DNA from: Eledone cirrhosa
Taxonomy: Eukaryota
Assembly (NCBI GenBank): GCA_964016885.1
Contig: OZ024755.1
Location: 38,874,001-38,938,000 of the forward strand
DNA length: 64,000 nt
Direction of reading: 5' to 3'
Below, one piece after another: positions 49,901 to 61,900 of the stretch (positions within the stretch are counted from its first letter, which is position 1; each line of letters starts with the position of its first letter). The translations under genes were made by a program, and so were the position numbers. Below the pieces are notes generated by a model, which ran no database searches, was not told the DNA's origin, and saw nothing but the letters and a program-made list of their open reading frames with translations.

Positions 49901-52900
49901 TCACTAAATTATCTTGTATTGGGGTGTCTCACTAAAGTCTCTTTTATTGGGGTGTCTCACTAAAGTCTGTTGTATTGGGGTATCCTGTATTGGGGTGTCT
50001 CACTAAAGTGTCTTGTATTGGGGTGTCGCACTAAAATTTCTTGTATTGGGGTGTCACACTAAAGTGTCTTGTGTTGGGGGTGTCTCACTAAAGTCTCTTG
50101 TATTGGAGTGTCTCACTAAAGTGTCTTGTATTGGGGTGTCTCACTAAAGTGTCTTGTATTGGGGTGTCTCACTAAAGTCTCTTGTATTGGGGTGTCTCAC
50201 TAAAATGTCTTGTATTGGGGTGTCTCACTAAAGTGTCTTGTAGTGGGGTGTCTCACTAAAGTGTCTTGTATTGGGGTGTCTCACTAAAGTGTCTTGTATT
50301 GGGGTGTCACACTAAAGTGTCTTGTATTAGGTGTCTCACTAAAGTGTCTTCTATTGGGGTGTCTCACTAAAGCCTCTTGTATTGCTGTGACTCACCTAAA
50401 TGTCTTGTATTGGGGTGTCTCACTAAAGTGTCTTGTATTGGGGTGTCTCACTAATGTCTTGTATTGGGGTGTCACACTAAAGTGTCTTGTATTGGGATGT
50501 CTCACTAAAATGTTTTCTATTGGGGTGTCTCACTAAAGTCTTTTCTATTGGGGTGTCTCACTAAAGTGTCTTGTATTGGGGTGTCTCACTAAAGTGTCTT
50601 GTATTGGGGTGTCTCACTAAAATGTCTTGTATTGGGGTGTCTCACTAAAGTGTCTTGTATTGGGAGTGGCTCACTAAAGTGTCTTGTATTGGGGTGTCTC
50701 ACTAAAGTGTCTTGTATTGGGGTGTCACACTAAAGTGTCTTGTATTGGGGTGTCTCACTAAAGTGTCTTCTATTGGGGTGTCTCACTAAAGCCTCTTGTA
50801 TTGCGGTGACTCACCTAAATGTCTTGTATTGGGCTGTCTCACTAAAGTGTCTTGTATTGGGGTGTCTCACTAAAGTGTCTTGTATTGGGGTGTCTCACTA
50901 AAGTGTCTTGTATTGGGGTGTCTCACTAAAGTGTCTTGTATTGGGGTGTCTCACTAAAGTGTCTTATATTGGGGTGTCTCACTAAAGTGTCTTGTATTGG
51001 GGTGTCTCACTAAAGTGTCTTGTATTGGGGGTGTCTCACTAAAGTGTCTTGTATTGGGGTGTCTCACTAAAGTGTCTTGTATTGGGGGTGTCTCACTTAA
51101 GTGTCTTGTATTGGGGTGTCTCGCTAAAGTGTCTTGTATTGGGGTGTCTCACTAAAGTGTCTTGTATTGGGGTGTCTCACTAAAATGTCTTGTATTGGGG
51201 TGTCTCACTAAAGTGTCTTGTATTGGGGTGTTTCACTAAATGTCTTGTATTGAGGTGTCTCACTAAAGTGTCTTGTATTGGGGTGTCTCGCTAAAGTGAC
51301 TTGTAGTGGGGTGTCTCACTAAAGTGTCTTGTATTGGGGTGTCTCACTAAAGTGTCTTGTATTGGGGTGTCCTGTATTGGGGTGTCTCACTAAAGTGTCT
51401 TGTATTGGGGTGTCTCACTAAAGTGTCTTGTATTGGGGTGTCTCACTAAAGTGTCTTGTATTGGGGTGTCTCACTAAAGTGTCTTGTATTGGGGTGTCAC
51501 ACTAAAGTGTCTTGTATTGGGGTCTCTCACTAAAGTGTCTTCTATTGGGGTGTCTCACTAAAGTCTCTTGTATTGGGGTGTCTCACTAAAGTGTCTTGTA
51601 TTGGGGGTGTCTCACTAAAGTGTCTTGTATTGGGGTGTCTCACTAAAGTGTCTTGTATTGGGGTGTCTCACTAAAGTGTCTTGTATTGGGGTGTCTCACT
51701 AAAGTGTCTTGTATTGGGGTGTCTCACTAAAGTGTCTTGTATTGGGGTGTCTCACTAAAGTGTCTTGTATTGGGGGTGTCTCACTAAAGTGTCTTGTATT
51801 GGGGTGTCTCACTAAAGTGTCTTGTATTGGGGGTGTCTCACTTAAGTGTCTTGTATTGGGGTGTCTCGCTAAAGTGTCTTGTATTGGGGTGTCTCACTAA
51901 AGTGTCTTGTATTGGGGTGTCTCACTAAAATGTCTTGTATTGGGGTGTCTCACTAAAGTGTCTTGTATTGGGGTGTTTCACTAAATGTCTTGTATTGAGG
52001 TGTCTCACTAAAGTGTCTTGTATTGGGGTGTCTCACTAAAGTGTCTTGTATTGGGGGTGTCTCACTTAAGTGTCTTGTATTGGGGTGTCTCGCTAAAGTG
52101 TCTTGTATTGGGGTGTCTCGCTAAAGTGTCTTGTATTGGGGTGTCTCACTAAAGTGTCTTGTATTGGGGTGTCTCACTAAAATGTCTTGTATTGGGGTGT
52201 CTCACTAAAGTGTCTTGTATTGGGGTGTTTCACTAAATGTCTTGTATTGAGGTGTCTCGCTAAAGTGACTCGTAGTGGGGTGTCTCACTAAAGTGTCTTG
52301 TATTGGGGTGTCTCACTAAAGTGTCTTGTATTGGGGTGTCCTGTATTGGGGTGTCTCACTAAAGTGTCTTGTATTGGGGTGTCTCACTAAAGTGTCTTGT
52401 ATTGGGGTGTCTCACTAAAGTGTCTTGTATTGGGGTGTCTCACTAAAGTGTCTTGTATTGGGGTGTCACACTAAAGTGTCTTGTATTGGGTCTCTCACTA
52501 AAGTGTCTTCTATTGGGGTGTCTCACTAAAGTCTCTTGTATTGCGGTGTCTCACCTAAATGTCTTGTATTGGGGTGTCTCACTAAAGTGTCTTGTATTGG
52601 GGTGTCTCACTAAAGTGTCTTGTATTGGGGTGTCTCACTAAAGTGTCTTGTATTGGGGTGTCTCACTAAAATGTCTTGTATTGGGGTGTCTCACCTAAAG
52701 TGTCTTGTATTGGCGGTGTCTCACTAAAGTGTCTTGTATTGGCGGTGTCTCACTAAAGTGTCTTGTATTGGGGTATCTCACTAAAGTGTCTTGTATTGGG
52801 GTGTCCTGTATTGGGGTGTCTCACTAAAGTGTCTTGTATTGGGGTGTCTCACTAAAGTGTCTTGTATTGGTGTGTCTCACTAAAGTGTCTTCTATTGGGG

Positions 52901-55900
52901 TGTCACACTAAAGCGTCTTGTATTGGAGTGTCTCACTAAAGTGTCTAGTATTGGGGTGTCACAATAAAGTGTCTTGTATTGGGGTGTCACACTAAAGTGT
53001 CTTGTATTGGGGTGTCTCACTGAATGTCTTGTATTGAGGTGTCTCACTAAAGTGTCTTGTATTGGGGTGTCTCGCTAAAGTGACTTGTAGTGGTGTGTCT
53101 CACTAAAGTGTCTTGTATTGGGGTGTCTCACTAAAGTGTCTTGTATTGGGGTGTCTCACTAAAGTGTCTTGTATTGGGGTGTCTCACTAAAGTGTCTTGT
53201 ATTGGGGTGTCACACTAAAGTGTCTTGTATTGGGTGTCTCACTAAAGTGTCTTCTATTGCGGTGTCTCACTAAAGCCTCTTGTATTGCGGTGACTCACCT
53301 AAATGTCTTGTATTAGGGTGTCTCACTAAATGGTCTTGTATTGGGGTGTCTCACTAAAATGTCTTGTATTGGGGTGTCACACTAAAATGTCTTGTATTGG
53401 GGTGTCTCACTAAAGTGTCTTGTATTGGGGTGTCTCACTAAAGTGTCTTGTATTGGGGTGTCTCACTAAAGTGTCTTGTATTGGGGTGTCTCACTAAAGT
53501 GTCTTGTATTGGGGTGTCTCACTAAAGTGTCTTGTATTGGGGTGTCTCACTAAAGTGTCTTGTATTGGGGGTGTCTCACTAAAGTGTCTTGTATTGGGGT
53601 GTCTCACTAAAGTGTCTTGTATTGGGAGTGTCTCACTTAAGTGTCTTGTATTGGGGTGTCTCGCTAAAGTGTCTTGTATTGGGGTGTCTCACTAAAGTGT
53701 CTTGTATTGGGGTGTCTCACTAAAATGTCTTGTATTGGGGTGTCTCACTAAAGTTGTTTTGTATTGGGGTGTTTCACTAAATGTCTTGTAATGAGGTGTC
53801 TCATTAAAGTGTCTTGTATTGGGGTGTCTCGCTAAAGTGACTTGTAGTGGGGTGTCTCACTAAAGTGTGTTGTATTGGGGTGTCTCACTAAAGTGTCTTG
53901 TATTGGGGTGTCCTGTATTGGGGTGACTCAATAAAGTGTCTTGTATTGGGGTGTCTCACTAAAGTGTCTTGTATTGGTGTGTCTCACTAAATTGTCTTGT
54001 ATTGGGGTGTCACACTAAAGTGTCTTCTATTGGGGTGTCTCACTAAAGTCTCTTGTATTGCGGTGTCTCACCTAAATGTCTTGTATTGGGGTTTCACACT
54101 AAAGTGTCTTGTATTGGGGTGTCTCACTAAAGTGTCTTGTATGGGGGTGTCTCACCTAAATGTCTTGTATTGGGGTATCTCACTAAAGTGTCTTGTATTG
54201 AGGGTGTCTTACTAAAGTGTCTTGTATAGAGGTGTCTCACTAAAGTGTCTTGTATTGGGGTGTCTCACTAAAGTGTCTTGTATTGGGGTGTCTCACTAAA
54301 GTGTCTTGGGTTGGGGTGTCTCACTAAAGTGTCTTGTATTGGGGTGTCTCACTAAATGTCTTGTATTGAGGTGTCTCGCTATAGTGTCTTGTAGTGGGGT
54401 GTCTCACTAAAGTGTCTTGTATTGGGGTGTCTCACTAAAGTGTCTTGTATTGGGGTGTCTCACTAAAGTGTCTTGTATTGGGGTGTCCTGTATTGGGGTG
54501 TCTCACTAAAGTGTCTTGTATTGGGGTGTCTCACTAAAGTGTCTTGTAATGGGCTGTCTCACTAAAGTGTCTTGTATTGAGGGTGTCTCACTAAAGTGTC
54601 TTGTATTTGGGTGTCTCACTAAAGTGTCTTGTATTGGGCTGTCTCACTAAAGTGTCTTGTATTGGGGTGTCTCACTAAAATGTCTTGTATTGGGGTGTCT
54701 CACTAAAGTGTCTTGTATTGGGGTGTCTCACTAAAGTGTCTTGTATTGGGGTGTCTCACTAAAGTGTCTTGTATTGGGGTGTCTCACTAAAGTGTCTTGT
54801 ATTGGGGTGTCTCACTAAAGTGTCTTGTATTGGGGGTGTCTCACTAAAGTGTCTTGTATTGGGGTGTCTCACTAAAGTGTCTTGTATTGGGAGTGTCTCA
54901 CTTAAGTGTCTTGTATTGGGGTGTCTCGCTAAAGTGTCTTGTATTGGGGTGTCTCACTAAAGTGTCTTGTATTGGGGTGTCTCACTAAAATGTCTTGTAT
55001 TGGGGTGTCTCACTAAAGTGTCTTGTATTGGGGTGTTTCACTAAATGTCTTGTAATGAGGTGTCTCATTAAAGTGTCTTGTATTGGGGTGTCTCGCTAAA
55101 GTGACTTGTAGTGGGGTGTCTCACTAAAGTGTCTTGTATTGGGGTGTCTCACTAAAGTGTCTTGTATTGGGGTGTCCTGTATTGGGGTGACTCAATAAAG
55201 TGTCTTGTATTGGGGTGTCTCACTAAAGTGTCTTGTATTGGTGTGTCTCACTAAATTGTCTTGTATTGGGGTGTCACACTAAAGTGTCTTCTATTGGGGT
55301 GTCTCACTAAAGTCTCTTGTATTGCGGTGTCTCACCTAAATGTCTTGTATTGGGGTTTCACACTAAAGTGTCTTGTATTGGGGTGTCTCACTAAAGTGTC
55401 TTGTATGGGGGTGTCTCACCTAAATGTCTTGTATTGGGGTGTCTCACTAAAGTGTCTTGTATTGAGGGTGTCTTACTAAAGTGTCTTGTATAGAGGTGTC
55501 TCACTAAATTGTCTTGTATTGGGGTGTCTCACTAAAGTGTCTTGTATTGGGGTGTCTCACTAAAGTGTCTTGGGTTGGGGTGTCTCACTAAAGTGTCTTG
55601 TATTGGGGTGTCTCACTAAATGTCTTGTATTGAGGTGTCTCGCTAAAGTGTCTTGTAGTGGGGTGTCTCACTAAAGTGTCTTGTATTGGGGTGTCTCACT
55701 AAAGTGTCTTGTATTGGGGTGTCTCACTAAAGTGTCTTGTATTGGGGTGTCCTGTATTGGGGTGTCTCACTAAAGTGTCTTGTATTGGGGTGTCTCACTA
55801 AAGTGTCTTGTAATGGGCTGTCTCACTAAAGTGTCTTGTATTGAGGGTGTCTCACTAAAGTGTCTTGTATTTGGGTGTCTCACTAAAGTGTCTTGTATTG

Positions 55901-58900
55901 GGCTGTCTCACTAAAGTGTCTTGTATTGGGGTGTCTCACTAAAATGTCTTGTATTGGTGTGTCTCACTAAAGTGTCTTCTATTGGGGTGTCACACTAAAG
56001 TGTCTTGTATTGGAGTGTCTCACTAAAGTTTCTAGTATTGGGGTGTCACACTAAAGTGTCTTGTATTGGGGTGTCTCACTAAAGTGTCTTGTATGGGGGT
56101 GTCTCACCTAAATGTCTTGTATTGGGGTGTCTCACTAAAGTGTCTTGTATTGAGGGTGTCTTACTAAAGTGTCTTGTATAGAGGTGTCTCACTAAAGTGT
56201 CTTGGTTTGGGGTGTCTCACTAAAGTGTCTTGTATTGGGGTGTCTCACTAAATGTCTTGTATTGGGGTGTCTCACTAAATTGTCTTGTAATGGGGTGTCT
56301 CGCTAAAGGGTCTTGTAGTGGGGTGTCTCACTAAAGTGTCTTGTATTGGGGTGTCTCACTAAAGTGTCTTGTATTGGGGTGTCTCACTAAAGTGTCTTGT
56401 ATTGGGGTGTCTCACTAAAGTGTCTTGTATTTGGGTGTCTCACTAAAATGTCTTGTATTGGGGTGTCTCACTAAAGTGTCTTGTATTGGGGTGTCTCACT
56501 AAAGTGTCTTGTATTGAGGTGTCTCACCTAAAGTGTCTTGTATTGAGGTGTCTCACCTAAAGTGTCTTGTATTGGGGTGTCTCACTAAAGTGTCTTGTAT
56601 TGGGATGTCTCACTAAAGTGTCTTGTATTGAGGTGTCTCACTAAAGTGTTTTGTATTGAGGTGTCTCACCTAAAGTGTCTTGTATTGGGGTGTCTCACTA
56701 AAATGTCTTGTATTGGGGTGTCTCACTAAAGTGTCTTGTATTGGGGTGTCTCACTAAATTATCTTGTATTGGGGTGTCTCACTAAAGTCTCTTTTATTGG
56801 GGTGTCTCACTAAAGTCTGTTGTATTGGGGTATCCTGTATTGGGGTGTCTCACTAAAGTGTCTTGTATTGGGGTGTCGCACTAAAATTTCTTGTATTGGG
56901 GTGTCACACTAAAGTGTCTTGTGTTGGGGGTGTCTCACTAAAGTCTCTTGTATTGGGGTGTCTCACTAAAGTGTCTTGTATTGGGGTGTCTCACTAAAGT
57001 CTCTTGTATTGGGGTGTCTCACTAAAATGTCTTGTATTGGGGTGTCTCACTAAAGTGTCTTGTAGTGGGGTGTCTCACTAAAGTGTCTTGTATTGGGGTG
57101 TCTCACCTAAAGTGTCTTGTATTGGCGGTGTCTCACTAAAGTGTCTTGTATTGGCGGTGTCTCACTAAAGTGTCTTGTATTGGGGTATCTCACTAAAGTG
57201 TCTTGTATTGGGGTGTCCTGTATTGGGGTGTCTCACTAAAGTGTCTTGTATTGGGGTGTCTCACTAAAGTGTCTTGTATTGGTGTGTCTCACTAAAGTGT
57301 CTTCTATTGGGGTGTCACACTAAAGCGTCTTGTATTGGAGTGTCTCACTAAAGTGTCTAGTATTGGGGTGTCACACTAAAGTGTCTTGTATTGGGGTGTC
57401 ACACTAAAGTGTCTTGTATTGGGGTGTCTCACTGAATGTCTTGTATTGAGGTGTCTCACTAAAGTGTCTTGTATTGGGGTGTCTCGCTAAAGTGACTTGT
57501 AGTGGTGTGTCTCACTAAAGTGTCTTGTATTGGGGTGTCTCACTAAAGTGTCTTGTATTGGGGTGTCTCACTAAAGTGTCTTGTATTGGGGTGTCACACT
57601 AAAGTGTCTTGTATTGGGTGTCTCACTAAAGTGTCTTCTATTGCGGTGTCTCACTAAAGCCTCTTGTATTGCGGTGACTCACCTAAATGTCTTGTATTAG
57701 GGTGTCTCACTAAATGGTCTTGTATTGGGGTGTCTCACTAAAATGTCTTGTATTGGGGTGTCACACTAAAATGTCTTGTATTGGGGTGTCTCACTAAAGT
57801 GTCTTGTATTGGGGTGTCTCACTAAAGTGTCTTGTATTGGGGTGTCTCACTAAAGTGTCTTGTATTGGGGTGTCTCACTAAAGTGTCTTGTATTGGGGGT
57901 GTCTCACTAAAGTGTCTTGTATTGGGGTGTCTCACTAAAGTGTCTTGTATTGGGGGTGTCTCACTTAAGTGTCTTGTATTGGGGTGTCTCGCTAAAGTGT
58001 CTTGTATTGGGGTGTCTCACTAAAGTGTCTTGTATTGGGGTGTCTCACTAAAATGTCTTGTATTGGGGTGTCTCACTAAAGTGTCTTGTATTGGGGTGTT
58101 TCACTAAATGTCTTGTAATGAGGTGTTTCATTAAAGTGTCTTGTATTGGGGTGTCTCGCTAAAGTGACTTGTAGTGGGGTGTCTCACTAAAGTGTCTTGT
58201 ATTGGGGTGTCTCACTAAAGTGTCTTGTATTGGGGTGTCCTGTATTGGGGTGTCTCAATAAAGTGTCTTGTATTGGGGTGTCTCACTAAAGTGTCTTGTA
58301 TTGGTGTGTCTCACTAAATTGTCTTGTATTGGGGTGTCACACTAAAGTGTCTTCTATTGGGGTGTCTCACTAAAGTCTCTTGTATTGCGGTGTCTCACCT
58401 AAATGTCTTGTATTGGGGTTTCACACTAAAGTGTCTTGTATTGGGGTGTCTCACTAAAGTGTCTTGTATTGGGGTGTCTCACCTAAATGTCTTGTATTGG
58501 GGTGTCTCACTAAAGTGTCTTGTATTGAGGGTGTCTTACTAAAGTGTCTTGTATAGAGGTGTCTCACTAAAGTGTCTTGTATTGGGGTGTCTCACTAAAG
58601 TGTCTTGTATTGGGGTGTCTCACTAAAGTGTCTTGGGTTGGGGTGTCTCACTAAAGTGTCTTGTATTGGGGTGTCTCACTAAATGTCTTGTATTGAGGTG
58701 TCTCGCTAAAGTGTCTTGTAGTGGGGTGTCTCACTAAAGTGTCTTCTATTGGGGTGTCTCACTAAAGTGTCTTGTATTGGGGTGTCTCACTAAAGTGTCT
58801 TGTATTGGGGTGTCCTGTATTGGGGTGTCTCACTAAAGTGTCTTGTATTGGGGTGTCTCACTAAAGGGTCTTGTAATGGGCTGTCTCACTAAAGTGTCTT

Positions 58901-61900
58901 GTATTGAGGGTGTCTCACTAAAGTGTCTTGTATTTGGGTGTCTCACTAAAGTGTCTTGTATTGGGCTGTCTCACTAAAGTGTCTTGTATTGGGGTGTCTC
59001 ACTAAAATGTCTTGTATTGGTGTGTCTCACTAAAGTGTCTTCTATTGGGGTGTCACACTAAAGTGTCTTGTATTGGAGTGTCTCACTAAAGTGTCTAGTA
59101 TTGGGGTGTCACACTAAAGTGTCTTGTATTGGGGTGTCTCACTAAAGTGTCTTGTATGGGGGTGTCTCACCTAAATGTCTTGTATTGGGGTGTCTCACTA
59201 AAGTGTCTTGTATTGAGGGTGTCTTACTAAAGTGTCTTGTATAGAGGTGTCTCACTAAAGTGTCTTGGGTTGGGGTGTCTCACTAAAGTGTCTTGTATTG
59301 GGGTGTCTCACTAAATGTCTTGTATTGGGGTGTCTCACTAAATTGTCTTGTAATGGGGTGTCTCGCTAAAGGGTCTTGTAGTGGGGTGTCTCACTAAAGT
59401 GTCTTGTATTGGGGTGTCTCACTAAAGTGTCTTGTATTGGGGTGTCTCACTAAAGTGTCTTGTATTGGGGTGTCTCACTAAAGTGTCTTGTATTTGGGTG
59501 TCTCACTAAAATGTCTTGTATTGGGGTGTCTCACTAAAGTGTCTTGTATTGGGGTGTCTCACTAAAGTGTCTTGTATTGGGGTGTCTCACTAAAGTGTCT
59601 TGTATTGAGGTGTCTCACCTAAAGTGTCTTGTATTGAGGTGTCTCACCTAAAGTGTCTTGTATTGGGGTGTCTCACTAAAGTGTCTTGTATTGGGATGTC
59701 TCACTAAAGTGTCTTGTATTGAGGTGTCTCACTAAAGCGTTTTGTATTGAGGTGTCTCACCTAAAGTGTCTTGTATTGGGGTGTCTCACTAAAATGTCTT
59801 GTATTGGGGTGTCTCACTAAAGTGTCTTGTATTGGGGTGTCTCACTAAATTATCTTGTATTGGGGTGTCTCACTAAAGTCTCTTTTATTGGGGTGTCTCA
59901 CTAAAGTCTGTTGTATTGGGGTATCCTGTATTGGGGTGTCTCACTAAAGTGTCTTGTATTGGGGTGTCGCACTAAAATTTCTTGTATTGGGGTGTCACAC
60001 TAAAGTGTCTTGTGTTGGGGGTGTCTCACTAAAGTCTCTTGTATTGGGGTGTCTCACTAAAGTGTCTTGTATTGGGGTGTCTCACTAAAGTGTCTTGTAT
60101 TGGTGTGTCTCACTAAAGTGTCTTCTATTGGGGTGTCACACTAAAGCGTCTTGTATTGGAGTGTCTCACTAAAGTGTCTAGTATTGGGGTGTCACACTAA
60201 AGTGTCTTGTATTGGGGTGTCACACTAAAGTGTCTTGTATTGGGGTGTCTCACTGAATGTCTTGTATTGAGGTGTCTCACTAAAGTGTCTTGTATTGGGG
60301 TGTCTCGCTAAAGTGACTTGTAGTGGTGTGTCTCACTAAAGTGTCTTGTATTGGGGTGTCTCACTAAAGTGTCTTGTATTGGGGTGTCTCACTAAAGTGT
60401 CTTGTATTGGGGTGTCACACTAAAGTGTCTTGTATTGGGTGTCTCACTAAAGTGTCTTCTATTGCGGTGTCTCACTAAAGCCTCTTGTATTGCGGTGACT
60501 CACCTAAATGTCTTGTATTAGGGTGTCTCACTAAATGGTCTTGTATTGGGGTGTCTCACTAAAATGTCTTGTATTGGGGTGTCACACTAAAATGTCTTGT
60601 ATTGGGGTGTCTCACTAAAGTGTCTTGTATTGGGGTGTCTCACTAAAGTGTCTTGTATTGGGGTGTCTCACTAAAGTGTCTTGTATTGGGGTGTCTCACT
60701 AAAGTGTCTTGTATTGGGGTGTCTCACTAAAGTGTCTTGTATTGGGGGTGTCTCACTAAAGTGTCTTGTATTGGGGTGTCTCACTAAAGTGTCTTGTATT
60801 GGGGGTGTCTCACTTAAGTGTCTTGTATTGGGGTGTCTCGCTAAAGTGTCTTGTATTGGGGTGTCTCACTAAAGTGTCTTGTATTGGGGTGTCTCACTAA
60901 AATGTCTTGTATTGGGGTGTCTCACTAAAGTGTCTTGTATTGGGGTGTTTCACTAAATGTCTTGTAATGAGGTGTTTCATTAAAGTGTCTTGTATTGGGG
61001 TGTCTCGCTAAAGTGACTTGTAGTGGGGTGTCTCACTAAAGTGTCTTGTATTGGGGTGTCTCACTAAAGTGTCTTGTATTGGGGTGTCCTGTATTGGGGT
61101 GTCTCAATAAAGTGTCTTGTATTGGGGTGTCTCACTAAAGTGTCTTGTATTGGTGTGTCTCACTAAATTGTCTTGTATTGGGGTGTCACACTAAAGTGTC
61201 TTCTATTGGGGTGTCTCACTAAAGTCTCTTGTATTGCGGTGTCTCACCTAAATGTCTTGTATTGGGGTTTCACACTAAAGTGTCTTGTATTGGGGTGTCT
61301 CACTAAAGTGTCTTGTATGGGGGTGTCTCACCTAAATGTCTTGTATTGGGGTGTCTCACTAAAGTGTCTTGTATTGAGGGTGTCTTACTAAAGTGTCTTG
61401 TATAGAGGTGTCTCACTAAAGTGTCTTGTATTGGGGTGTCTCACTAAAGTGTCTTGTATTGGGGTGTCTCACTAAAGTGTCTTGGGTTGGGGTGTCTCAC
61501 TAAAGTGTCTTGTATTGGGGTGTCTCACTAAATGTCTTGTATTGAGGTGTCTCGCTAAAGTGTCTTGTAGTGGGGTGTCTCACTAAAGTGTCTTGTATTG
61601 GGGTGTCTCACTAAAGTGTCTTGTATTGGGGTGTCTCACTAAAGTGTCTTGTATTGGGGTGTCCTGTATTGGGGTGTCTCACTAAAGTGTCTTGTATTGG
61701 GGTGTCTCACTAAAGGGTCTTGTAATGGGCTGTCTCACTAAAGTGTCTTGTATTGAGGGTGTCTCACTAAAGTGTCTTGTATTTGGGTGTCTCACTAAAG
61801 TGTCTTGTATTGGGCTGTCTCACTAAAGTGTCTTGTATTGGGGTGTCTCACTAAAATGTCTTGTATTGGTGTGTCTCACTAAAGTGTCTTCTATTGGGGT